Notes under the pieces: model-generated
The model's input: the letters and a program-made list of their open reading frames with translations, nothing else
Told to the model about the DNA's origin: nothing
Database searches by the model: none
Part shown: in pieces, positions 27,355-36,104 of the stretch
Layout of the letters: each line of letters opens with the position of its first letter
Position numbering within the stretch: the first letter of the stretch is position 1
Position numbers and translations under genes: made by a program
NCBI GenBank assembly: GCA_024226735.1
Contig: JAAELL010000032.1
Coordinates: forward strand, 57,879 to 121,878
Direction: 5' to 3'
Length of the DNA: 64,000 nucleotides
From: a bacterium
GTDB lineage: Bacteria > Planctomycetota > UBA1135 > GCA-002686595

Positions 27355-28816
27355 ACCGGCGCGCCCCGTGCTCGATCCGCGCAAACGTCCGTTCCGCGCC
27401 GAGCAGCGCGATGATCTCGAACAGGTCACGCCCCCCTCCCATTCCCGTCAGGGCACAGCGCAGCGGCTGGAAGAGCTCGGGAATCTTCGCTCCGCGCTCC
27501 TCGATCCAGGTCTTCGTCGCTTCGCCGAGCGCCGCCGGTTCGGCGAGGTCGGTGCGTCCCTTCAGCCACTCGAGGTAGGCGAGCAGCGTCTCGACGCGGC
27601 CCTCGCGCTTGCGCGCGCCCTTCTCGGCCTTGGGGTCGTAGGCCACCTCGTCGTCGGGGCCGAAGTAGTGCTCGATGCGCCCGGGGAGCTCCGAGTAGAG
27701 CCGGATGCGCTCCTGCTCGCCGCGCACGACCTCGACGAACCAGTCGCCGCGCTCCTCGAGCTCGTCCGCGGTCATCAGGCCGGCCGACGCGACGAACGGC
27801 GCGCAGTGGGCGGCGAGCTCGGCGGGCGTCTCCTGACGCAGGTACTCGCCCGCCATCCACTGGAACTTGTCGATGTCGAAGACGGCGCCCGCCTTGGCGA
27901 CGTCCGCGACGTCGAACTTCTCGACGAGCTCCTCGAGCGTGAACAGGTCGTGCTCGCCGTCGAGCGCCCAGCCCTGCAGCGCGAGGAAGTTCAGAATCGC
28001 GAGGCGCGGGTAGCCCTGATTGCGGTAGTCGTCGAGCGACACGTCGCCCGAACGCTTCGACAGCTTCTTCTTGTCCTTGCCCAACATGAGCGGCAGGTGC
28101 CCGAAGGACGGAGCCTCCAGACCGAGGGCGATGTAGAGCAGCAACTGCTTCGGCGTGTTGACGAGGTGCTCCTCGCCGCGCAGGACGTGCGTGATCTCCA
28201 TGTCCGCGTCGTCGCACACGACGACGAAGTTGTACGTCGGGTTGCCATCCTGGCGCACCATGACCCAGTCCTCGACCTCGGCATGGTCGAAGACGACCTC
28301 GCCGCGCGCGAGGTCCGCGATGCGCGTCTCACCCTCGGGGACGCGAAAGCGCAGCGTGAACGCCTCGCCCCCCTCCGCGCGCCGCTCGGCCTCGGTGGGA
28401 TCGAGGTCGCGGAAGCGGCCGTCGTAGGCGAGCTTGCGCTTGCCCGCCATCTGCTCCTCGCGCATCGCCGCGAGCTCCTCGGGCTTGCAGAAACAGCGGT
28501 ACGCCTTGCCCTCCTCGAGCAGGCGCGCAGCGACCGCGCGGTGACGATCGATGCGTTGCGACTGGTGGTACGGCGCGTGCGGGCCGCCGACGTCCGGCCC
28601 CTCGTCCCAGTCGAGCCCGAGCCACGCGAGGCCCTCGAGGATCGCGCGTTCGGACTCCACCGTCGAGCGCTCGCGGTCGGTGTCCTCGATCCGCAGAAGG
28701 AACTTGCCGCCACGGCCACGGGCGTAGGCCCAGTTGAAGAGCGACGTGCGGGCGAGGCCGAGGTGCACCGTGCCGGTCGGGCTCGGGGCGATGCGGACGC
28801 GGGGAGAGGAGCTCAC
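27347..28816 (-). CDS. gltX: Glutamate--tRNA ligase
   Basis: The N-terminus reads VRIAPSPTGTVHLG (HIGH motif) and the KMSKS-like motif is KKLSKRSG. The GTG start at 28816 gives a canonical N-terminus MSSSPRVRIAPSPTG. The ATG at 28864 would add 16 atypical residues. Confidence 0.9.
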   Translation of the reverse strand: MSSSPRVRIAPSPTGTVHLGLARTSLFNWAYARGRGGKFLLRIEDTDRERSTVESERAILEGLAWLGLDWDEGPDVGGPHAPYHQSQRIDRHRAVAARLLEEGKAYRCFCKPEELAAMREEQMAGKRKLAYDGRFRDLDPTEAERRAEGGEAFTLRFRVPEGETRIADLARGEVVFDHAEVEDWVMVRQDGNPTYNFVVVCDDADMEITHVLRGEEHLVNTPKQLLLYIALGLEAPSFGHLPLMLGKDKKKLSKRSGDVSLDDYRNQGYPRLAILNFLALQGWALDGEHDLFTLEELVEKFDVADVAKAGAVFDIDKFQWMAGEYLRQETPAELAAHCAPFVASAGLMTADELEERGDWFVEVVRGEQERIRLYSELPGRIEHYFGPDDEVAYDPKAEKGARKREGRVETLLAYLEWLKGRTDLAEPAALGEATKTWIEERGAKIPELFQPLRCALTGMGGGRDLFEIIALLGAERTFARIEHGARRLG

Positions 28817-29099
28817 GGCTGGACCTGGATCGGGTGGATTCGGTGCGGTTCGGGCGAAGAGCATACGGATCCGCGTACCGAAGCGAATCTCGAAAAGCCG
28901 GCGAGCATCGAGGGCCAGCGGGATCGGATGAGAACTGACCTCCGGCTGCAGTACCGCTCCGCCTGCATCGACGCGGGGCGCAACGCGGCGATCGCCGACG
29001 ACGCTTTCGACCTGGACGGGGACGGGGACCGGACCGAGCTGTCGCCCTTGTTCCGATCGGCGGAGTCGTCGGCGACCTGACCTAGCCCGGGTTATTCAT

Positions 29100-29849
29100 G
29101 AGGCATTCGACGAGACGCCCCCGGTCGCCGGGCAAGGGTACGGACCCTCCGGGCTCCAACGGGCCGTATTCGCCGAAGGGCACGGCCGGACGATCATCGA
29201 GCGCGGACTCGCTCTGCTCGATGTCAACGAGAGTGGAGTCGCAGTCGGGCAGACGATCTACCTGCCAGCGCTCGGCGGGACCGGCCCGCTGCTCTGGCAC
29301 CAGGGCGCGAAGACGCTGCTGCCGAGCGCGGGCCTGCCCGGAGCGGCGTTGGCGATCAACGACATGGGCGTCGCGGTCGGCGCGGTCCAGGTCGGATCGG
29401 ATCAGGTCGCCGCGGTGTGGCGTGCTGGCATCTTCTTCGATCTGTCCGCACTCTTCCCCGGTGCACTGGAGACCGTCGACTTCGACGTCAACAATGCTGG
29501 CCAGATCGCCGGCGCAGCGGCCTACGCCACGACGGAGCGGCCCTACGTCATCACGGGCGGGGCGATCCAGTTCATCGACCTCGCTGGGGCGCCCGGTCGC
29601 GCGTTCGCCATCAACGACGTGGGCCAGGTCGCTGGCACCGCGGTGCTCCAGCAGCCGAGCCCGGCGGAGACGGACTACGCCTTCCTGTGGACCGGCGGCG
29701 TCCCGCTGAACCTGAACAGCGTCATCGACCCGGCGTCCGGCTGGGACCTGCTCCGGGCAACCGCGATCAACGACGCGGGGTGGATCCTCTGCGACGCGTA
29801 CAGCCCGGGCAACCGGCTCACGGGCGTCGCGCTGATTCCGCGCACCTGA
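29100..29849 (+). pseudogene. HAF-like extracellular-repeat protein fragment (repeats INDxGxVxG...AxLW) without a start, signal peptide or C-terminal anchor. It is probably a frameshifted remnant.
   Basis: Frame +3 is open and repeat-bearing from about 29100, but the first ATG is at 29349. Upstream frame +2 (28924-29080) encodes a 51-aa peptide ending 2 nt before the frame +3 reading begins. The repeat units are VNESGVAVGQ, INDMGVAVGA, VNNAGQIAGA, INDVGQVAGT and INDAGWILC, with YAFLW/AAVW. They resemble the HAF family repeat (tentative). Confidence 0.45.
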
Positions 29850-29898
29850 GCACCCAGGATCGTGCATCCCACGGCGATCCCGCGTAGATTCTACGCCC

Positions 29899-30990
29899 AT
29901 GAGCGCCACCCTCGACCGCGACGTCATCCACGGCCTGCCCAAGGTCCTCCTCCACGAGCACCTCGACGGCAGTCTGCGCCCGGCCACGGTCCTCGACCTC
30001 GCGCGCGAGATCGGCTACAGCGAGCTGCCGACCGAGGACCCTGGCGCGCTCGGCGACTGGTTCTTCTCGGGTGCTTCGCGCGGCAGCCTGCCGCTGTACC
30101 TCGAGGGCTTTCGCCACACGATCGCCGTCCTGCAGACGCCCGACGCACTCGAACGGGTCGCGTACGAGCTGCTCGAGGACATGGCGGCCGACAACGTCGT
30201 CTACATCGAGGTGCGCTTCGCTCCTCATTTTCACACGGCCAAGGGGCTGGGGCTCGACGCAGTCATGGGCGCCGTGCTGCGCGGGCTGCGGCGCGGCCGC
30301 GAAGAGTTCGGGATCGACTTCGGGGTGATCGTGTGCGCGATGCGCAACCAGTCGGCGGACCTGTCGTTCAAGCTCGCCGAGCTCACCGTCGACTGGTCCG
30401 ACCGCGGCGTCGTCGGGTTCGACCTGGCCGGTGAGGAGGCCGGGCACCCGCCCAAGCACCACCTCGAGGCGTTCCAGCTCATCAAACGCCGCAACGGCTC
30501 GATCACGATCCACGCCGGAGAGAGCTTCGGCCCCGAGAGCATCTGGCAGGCGCTGCAGTACTGTGGCGCCCACCGCATCGGACACGGCACGCACCTGATC
30601 GAGGACCTCGTCATCTACGAGGGCAAAGTGATCAAGGTCGGCAGCCTCGCCAACTACGTGCTCGATCACCGCATCCCGATCGAGGTGTGCCTGTCGAGCA
30701 ACGTCCACACCGGCGCGGCGGCCAGCATCGGCGAGCACCCGTTCCCGTACTTCTTGCGGCACGGCTACCGCGTGACGTTGAACACCGACAACCGGTTGAT
30801 GAGCCGGACGTCGATGACCGACGAGTACCTGCTCGCCGCGCGTTCGTTCGGCTGCACGCTGGCCGAGCTCGAGCGCGTCACGGTCAACGGCATGAACGCG
30901 GCGTTCTACCCATACGCCGAACGGCACCGCATTCTCAGAGAGAAGATCGAGCCGGCCTTCGCGCGCCTGCGCGCCGAGGCCGGGAGTTGA
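29899..30990 (+). CDS. add: Adenosine deaminase
   Basis: N-terminal metal-binding motif LPKVLLHEHLDGSLRP. Later motifs include SITIHAGE and HRIGHG. Confidence 0.9.
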   Translation: MSATLDRDVIHGLPKVLLHEHLDGSLRPATVLDLAREIGYSELPTEDPGALGDWFFSGASRGSLPLYLEGFRHTIAVLQTPDALERVAYELLEDMAADNVVYIEVRFAPHFHTAKGLGLDAVMGAVLRGLRRGREEFGIDFGVIVCAMRNQSADLSFKLAELTVDWSDRGVVGFDLAGEEAGHPPKHHLEAFQLIKRRNGSITIHAGESFGPESIWQALQYCGAHRIGHGTHLIEDLVIYEGKVIKVGSLANYVLDHRIPIEVCLSSNVHTGAAASIGEHPFPYFLRHGYRVTLNTDNRLMSRTSMTDEYLLAARSFGCTLAELERVTVNGMNAAFYPYAERHRILREKIEPAFARLRAEAGS

Positions 30991-31991
30991 GGTACGGCGC
31001 GCGGGCGTTCGAGGGCAGGCTCGAGCTGCGTCCGTTCGAGAGCGAGGCGCTGCGCGACAACCCCCTCGGCGACCCGCACGTGCGCGAGGTGCCCGTGTAC
31101 GTGCCGCGCGCGGCCGAGGACGGTACGCGACTGCCGGTCGTCTTCCTTCTCGCCGGTTTCACGGGGCGCGGACAGAGCATGCTCGAGACGCACCCGTGGC
31201 GGCGTGGGGTCGTGAGCGAGTACGACCGCGCCCTCGCGCGCGGCGAGGCGCCGCCCGCGATCCTGGTCCTGCCCGACGCGTTCACGCGCTACGGCGGGAG
31301 CCAGTACGTCGACAGCTCCGCGGTCGGTCGCTACGCCGAGTACGTCGGCGTCGAGCTGCCCGCGTTCGTCGACGCCCACTACTCGACGCTCCCCGACCGG
31401 CGTGCCGTCGCTGGCAAGAGCTCGGGGGGATTCGGCGCCCTGCACATCGCGATGCGCCACCCCGGCACCTTCGTCGCCGCCGCTTCGATCGCCGGCGACG
31501 CGCACTTCGAGTTCGGTTACGGCGCCGACTTCCTGAACGGCGTGCGCGGCCTCGAAAAGGCTGGCGGGCCCGCTGCGTTCCTCGCCGTGTTCGACGAGTT
31601 CCACGACCTCTCGGGCGACGGCCACGCGGCGCTCAACCTGCTGGCGATGTCGGCCTGCTACTCCCCCAACCCGGAGAGCGAGCTCGGCTTCGACCTGCCG
31701 GTCGACCTCGAGACGGGTGAGCGCAAGGACGAGGTGTGGCAGCGCTGGCTCGCGTTCGATCCGGTCGTCGCATGCGAGCGCTACGCGGACGAGCTGAAAC
31801 AGCTGCGGCTGCTCTACCTCGAGGCCGGCACGCGCGACGAGTTTCACCTGCAGTTCTCGGCGCGCATCCTCGCGCGGCGCCTGCGCGAGCTCGACGTGCC
31901 CCACGAGCACGTCGAGCTCGACGGTGGGCACTTCGGGATGGACGCGAGGTGGCGCGAGGTCTTGCCGAAGCTCGTGCGGGCGTTGGAGTAG
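30987..31991 (+). CDS. Putative esterase (esterase-D/ enterochelin-esterase-like alpha/beta hydrolase family)
   Basis: Nucleophile motif GKSSGG and the family-typical N-terminal V.VYVP region. The TTG start overlaps the add stop (TTGA). The ORF-track ATG at 30687 lies inside add. Confidence 0.65.
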   Translation: MRYGARAFEGRLELRPFESEALRDNPLGDPHVREVPVYVPRAAEDGTRLPVVFLLAGFTGRGQSMLETHPWRRGVVSEYDRALARGEAPPAILVLPDAFTRYGGSQYVDSSAVGRYAEYVGVELPAFVDAHYSTLPDRRAVAGKSSGGFGALHIAMRHPGTFVAAASIAGDAHFEFGYGADFLNGVRGLEKAGGPAAFLAVFDEFHDLSGDGHAALNLLAMSACYSPNPESELGFDLPVDLETGERKDEVWQRWLAFDPVVACERYADELKQLRLLYLEAGTRDEFHLQFSARILARRLRELDVPHEHVELDGGHFGMDARWREVLPKLVRALE

Positions 31992-31994
31992 CCG

Positions 31995-33944
31995 CTACCG
32001 CCAGGCAATCGCCTGCTCACCGGCGACGACGTCAACGACTCGCTCGACCGTTCCTCCGCTGCGGAGCGTGCTGCGCACACGGTACGTCCCCGGCGGCAGG
32101 ACGAACTGGATACCGCCCTCCAGTTGCCACGAGTCGGTGAGCGCACCGCAATCGACACCGTCCTCGTCCAACACTTCGAGCTTAGCGGACTGGTTGGGCG
32201 CGACCAACAAGGCCCCCGAGGGTTCCAGCACCAGGTCGCACTCGACGGCGGCGCCCGCTCGAACAGTCGCACGTGCGGCGAGGACCGAGCGCCCGACCGA
32301 GCGCCCGAAGATGCGCTTCGGCCCGGGCGAGAGTCCGACGAACTCGTAGCAGCCGTCCTCGATGTAGCCCTCGAATGGACGGGACGTTCCGTCGCCTGGG
32401 TCGAGCAAATAGACGGATCCGAATGCGATCGGTAGCCCCGCTTCGTCGAAGACCCGACCGCGAACGCTCCCGCCGGCCGTCAGGCGGAGCTCGAGTCCGG
32501 AGTGCGCGCGAGAATGCTCGACGTGAAGTTCGTGGATGGAGATCGCGAAATCCTCGACCGTGCCCGTCTCGGGTGCAATCGAGCTCGGATAGCCCAGGAG
32601 GTAGGTCGCGTCCGGCACGTGGCTGAACCGAAACCGACCGGATGCGTCGGTCGTCGCGCTCATGCAGGTCGCGAACCTGGGATCCTCGGCGAAGAGGTCC
32701 AGTCCGACTCCCGAAACGGGCCGTCCTTGCGCGTCGATCACTCGACCACTCACCGTCGCTTGCGGCAGCGACACGTCGAACTCGAGGTCGGGGACGTCCA
32801 GAACCCGCACTCTGTAGGCGGTGTCGTGCCAAGTGCCGTCGAGCTCCAACGACACCTGCAGGGTGTACTCTCCCGCCGCTTCGACCAACACCTCGAAGCG
32901 CCCGTCAGCGGAGAGCACGGCGTGCCCGAACGGCCCACCGGAGATCGAGACGGAACCGCCGTCGGCACCCTCGCCAGCGCCGTGCACGCGCCCGAACACC
33001 CGGATCGCGGGCATTCGCTGTCCGACCAGCGAGAGCGACCGGCGTTCCGCCTCCGCCAGGAGCACGTCGGTCTCTGTGATGTACTGCCGCAGGCGACCCG
33101 CTGTGTCGCGGGCAACGAAGCGTACTTCGATCCGGTACCGACCGGGCGCGATCGAACCGCTCTCGAAGCGCCCTTCCACGAGCTCGGCCCCCCACCGCTG
33201 GGACTCGGACTCCGCCGAAACGAAGCCCTCCTGTACCGGACCTCCGCCCGGGACGCGGACTTCGCCGTGGATCGACGCGAGCTGACCGGCCCGGAGCCTG
33301 ACGCCGCGAACGACTTGGCCCTTCTCGAGCACGACCACCGACGTTGCCTCCGCTTGCAGATAGCCCTTCGCCCGTGCGAGGACCCGCCAGCCGCCGGGCT
33401 CGAGGCCCAGCACGCTGAACCGGCCGCCGGCGCAGCGCTGGCGACGGACGCCTCGCACGTCGTCGCCGCCGAGCTCGGACGGTACGTCAGGTCTCGGCTC
33501 GGTCGGAATCAGGACGACCTCGAACTCCGGCACGCTGCGGCCACGGCCGTCCGTCCACTTCCCGGACACGGAGCCGCCCTGCCGCAGAGTCAGGACGACC
33601 GGCCGGGTGCCGCTCGTCAAATAGGGCTGCAAGGTCCAACCCGCGCCGTTGCGCTCGAACCCGTCGATTGTCAGGACGTGGTCCACGCCGTCCGCCGGCC
33701 GGAGCCGAAACCGGCCGTTCGCGTCCGTCCGCGTGCTGAAGGCCCCCGCGGCGCCGTGTTCGCGGACCCAAACGAAGGCCGCGGGACCACCGCTTGGGAA
33801 CACGACGGTCCCGAGGCCCGGATCGTGGACGGGCTGCCGGACATCAGGCTGCTGGCCGGACTCGACGAGCTGCGGAGCGGCGCTCGAGGCGGTCGCGAGG
33901 ACGAGGCAGAGGGCGAGGTGGCGGGCGATCTTCAGGTCTGGCAT
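31995..33944 (-). CDS. Secreted tandem carboxypeptidase-regulatory-like beta-sandwich repeat protein
   Basis: The signal peptide MPDLKIARHLALCLVLATASSAAPQ begins at the internal ATG 33944. Repeats include SGRVIDAQGRPVSGVGLDL and GRVFDEAGLPIAFGSVYLL. It is convergent with the esterase gene with a 3-nt gap. Confidence 0.7.
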   Translation of the reverse strand: MPDLKIARHLALCLVLATASSAAPQLVESGQQPDVRQPVHDPGLGTVVFPSGGPAAFVWVREHGAAGAFSTRTDANGRFRLRPADGVDHVLTIDGFERNGAGWTLQPYLTSGTRPVVLTLRQGGSVSGKWTDGRGRSVPEFEVVLIPTEPRPDVPSELGGDDVRGVRRQRCAGGRFSVLGLEPGGWRVLARAKGYLQAEATSVVVLEKGQVVRGVRLRAGQLASIHGEVRVPGGGPVQEGFVSAESESQRWGAELVEGRFESGSIAPGRYRIEVRFVARDTAGRLRQYITETDVLLAEAERRSLSLVGQRMPAIRVFGRVHGAGEGADGGSVSISGGPFGHAVLSADGRFEVLVEAAGEYTLQVSLELDGTWHDTAYRVRVLDVPDLEFDVSLPQATVSGRVIDAQGRPVSGVGLDLFAEDPRFATCMSATTDASGRFRFSHVPDATYLLGYPSSIAPETGTVEDFAISIHELHVEHSRAHSGLELRLTAGGSVRGRVFDEAGLPIAFGSVYLLDPGDGTSRPFEGYIEDGCYEFVGLSPGPKRIFGRSVGRSVLAARATVRAGAAVECDLVLEPSGALLVAPNQSAKLEVLDEDGVDCGALTDSWQLEGGIQFVLPPGTYRVRSTLRSGGTVERVVDVVAGEQAIAWR

Positions 33945-34005
33945 CGTCGAAGTAGGGGTCGGGGTTTGCTCCCGACCCCTACTCGCTGGCAGTTCCAGCA
34001 TTCAC

Positions 34006-35664
34006 CTACGGCAAGAACAACACGCTCATCGCGTTCGAGTAGTTGCTGTTCGCCCCGCACGGTCCCGCGGGGTCGCGGTACCAGCACTGGAAGTTCCAGG
34101 TGAAGCCGGGATTGATCGTCCCGGGAGGGCCGAAGTTCACGGCCGACTGGGCGACGATACCGGGCCCCATCGAGATCACTCCCGCCGGACCCGAGGTCTG
34201 CACCGGCCAGCGGTACAGTCCCAGCGCGCCAGCGGAGACGCAGACCATGCCGTTCTGGATCGCGAGCGGCGGCGTGAACTGGCTGCCGCCCATGAAGTAG
34301 TAGCCGAAGTTGTTGGCCGGCACGCCGACCGTCGTCAGGACGAGATCGTCGGCGGGGTGCACGCTGCTGCCCTGGGCGAAGAGGAGACCGCCGCCACCGG
34401 TGTTGTTGATGCAGCCGGCGAACACGCTGTTGTTCGCGCACGGGCACGCGAAGCCGAAGCAGTACGGCGACGCGAGCAGCTGGCATGAGTCGGGCACGCC
34501 ATCGGCGTTCACGTCCGTGGCGAAGCCGAGGGCGATGTCAACCGCGTCCTCGACCTGGTTGCCGTTGCAATCCATCAGGGGCGAGTTGCTCGAGTCTGCC
34601 GCGACCAGGTCGTCGCCGAAGCCGAAGCCGCCGCGCACGGTGCGCAGTCCGAAGTTCTCCGCCGCGATGAAAATCACGGGCGGACCGCCGCCACCGATGG
34701 GCGTCGTGAGGATGTCGCCCTCCTCGATCGGGATGCCGAGGAGGCTGTCGGGGACGCCGATCACGGCCGAGCCGCGGCGCACCGAGAACAGCAACATGTC
34801 GATACCCAGGCCGGTCGTCCAGTCGTACGGCGTCAGCGACGGCGTGAACACGCCATCTCCGCTCTCCCACAGGATCAGCGCGTCGACGTCGTCGGTGTCC
34901 GGCCCGAACAGGTCGAGGCCGAGCGCCAGCGCGGGCGCGTACACCCCGAACGGCGCACCAGGGAACGGGTTGACGAGCACGTCGCCGCCCACGACGCCGT
35001 GGGCCGCCGCCGAGGCGCTGTTCGGAACGCCGCGCGTGGGGTCGAGGAAGGCCGAGTCGAGCGAGAAGTAGACGACCGGGTTGAACGGCAGCGAGTGGAC
35101 GTCGAGTGCATCGAGGTTGTCGCCCCCGGGGCCCTCGAACAGCCCGACGCCGGGACTCAGCGCCCCCACCGCGCTCCGCAAGCCGTCGCCATCGACGGCC
35201 AGGAGCGCGCTGGGAGTGATTGCGAACGGCGGCAAGCCACCGGGGAAGGGCGGCTGGACGCCGTGGACGAGGCCAATGTCGACGTAGACGTCGCTGGAGG
35301 CCTCCGCCGTCGATGCCTCGAGCGTCAAGTCGGGCAGGTACGGCGTACCGATGCCCTGCGCCATGCCGTCGACGGAGAAGAAGATGTTGCCCCCGGGCAT
35401 CAGGCCGACCGTCGGGTCGAGGAACCAGTCCTGCCCGTACGACATGGCGTCGACCTCGACGCCGCAGGGAAAGCCGGGCGGGTGCCCGACGCAGCCCGGG
35501 TGCAGGGCCAGCGCCAGCCCGGGGGGCGGGAAGACGCCGCCGCTCACTTCGATCGACGACGGCGGGATCGGGCCGAGCATCGGCATCGAGTTCACCGTCG
35601 TCGGCGAGAGGAGGTCGGCTTCGGTGATCGGGAACGCCCAGCGACCGTCGGGGATCGACATCAC
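34006..35664 (-). CDS. Secreted Gly/Pro/Asp-rich protein with a conserved ~130-aa Cys-containing C-terminal domain (shared with the 43253-45580 product)
   Basis: The C-terminal GFTWNFQCWYRD...NYSNAMSVLF aligns with GDTWRFQAWFRD...NFTDAVAITF of the other protein. The annotated GTG start lacks a signal peptide. The in-frame upstream sequence to 35862 encodes a classic signal peptide (...RPALTRTPLFLAVTFVTAIGADAQ) with no canonical start. See the finding on this gene. Confidence 0.65.
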   Translation of the reverse strand: MMSIPDGRWAFPITEADLLSPTTVNSMPMLGPIPPSSIEVSGGVFPPPGLALALHPGCVGHPPGFPCGVEVDAMSYGQDWFLDPTVGLMPGGNIFFSVDGMAQGIGTPYLPDLTLEASTAEASSDVYVDIGLVHGVQPPFPGGLPPFAITPSALLAVDGDGLRSAVGALSPGVGLFEGPGGDNLDALDVHSLPFNPVVYFSLDSAFLDPTRGVPNSASAAAHGVVGGDVLVNPFPGAPFGVYAPALALGLDLFGPDTDDVDALILWESGDGVFTPSLTPYDWTTGLGIDMLLFSVRRGSAVIGVPDSLLGIPIEEGDILTTPIGGGGPPVIFIAAENFGLRTVRGGFGFGDDLVAADSSNSPLMDCNGNQVEDAVDIALGFATDVNADGVPDSCQLLASPYCFGFACPCANNSVFAGCINNTGGGGLLFAQGSSVHPADDLVLTTVGVPANNFGYYFMGGSQFTPPLAIQNGMVCVSAGALGLYRWPVQTSGPAGVISMGPGIVAQSAVNFGPPGTINPGFTWNFQCWYRDPAGPCGANSNYSNAMSVLFLP

Positions 35665-35862
35665 GGGCGAGTAGAAGTCGGTCGAGTAGTTGATCTGCGC
35701 GTCGGCCCCGATCGCCGTGACGAACGTGACGGCGAGGAACAGAGGCGTACGGGTGAGAGCGGGGCGGTGCCTCGAGTTCTCCTTAGAGCGAGATTCCAGC
35801 GTGTTGTGCTGTTTTTTTGGCGCTACACCTGACGGTGTGGCAGCGATAGGAGGCGACCGTGT

Positions 35863-36033
35863 CTAGTGGTGTGAGTCACTCCTGTGCGGCATTTCGGTCG
35901 GCCCGTACCCGCCCGCTGCTGCGTTGCGCCTCCTCAAGACTTGCAGCGAAGTCGCGTCGTCGCAGCGCCTTGCAGCGAACGCGTACGCACCGACCAAAAT
36001 GCCGCACAAGAGTGACTCACACCACTAGGCCGA
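35863..36033. mobile_element. MITE-like palindromic element: two ~57-bp inverted arms (CTAGTGGTGTGAGTCACTCYTGTGCGGCATTT..GGTCGG..GTAC...GCTGC) flanking ~57 bp with internal direct repeat CTTGCAGCGAA
   Basis: Left arm 35863-35919 and right arm (inverted) 35977-36033 are about 85% identical. Further copies of the arm start at 37918 and 63944. No transposase is nearby. Confidence 0.5.
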
Positions 36034-36104
36034 TCGGCTCAGTCTCCCCATACGCCACTGGACTCCCTCGCACCGCCCGGAGTACGAACGCCGGCGAGCC
36101 GGCG

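Noticed and set aside
27275-29080. 601-aa plus-strand ORF
   Set aside because: It is antisense to gltX, which has HIGH and KMSKS motifs. It has no domain signal and comes from a high-GC open frame.
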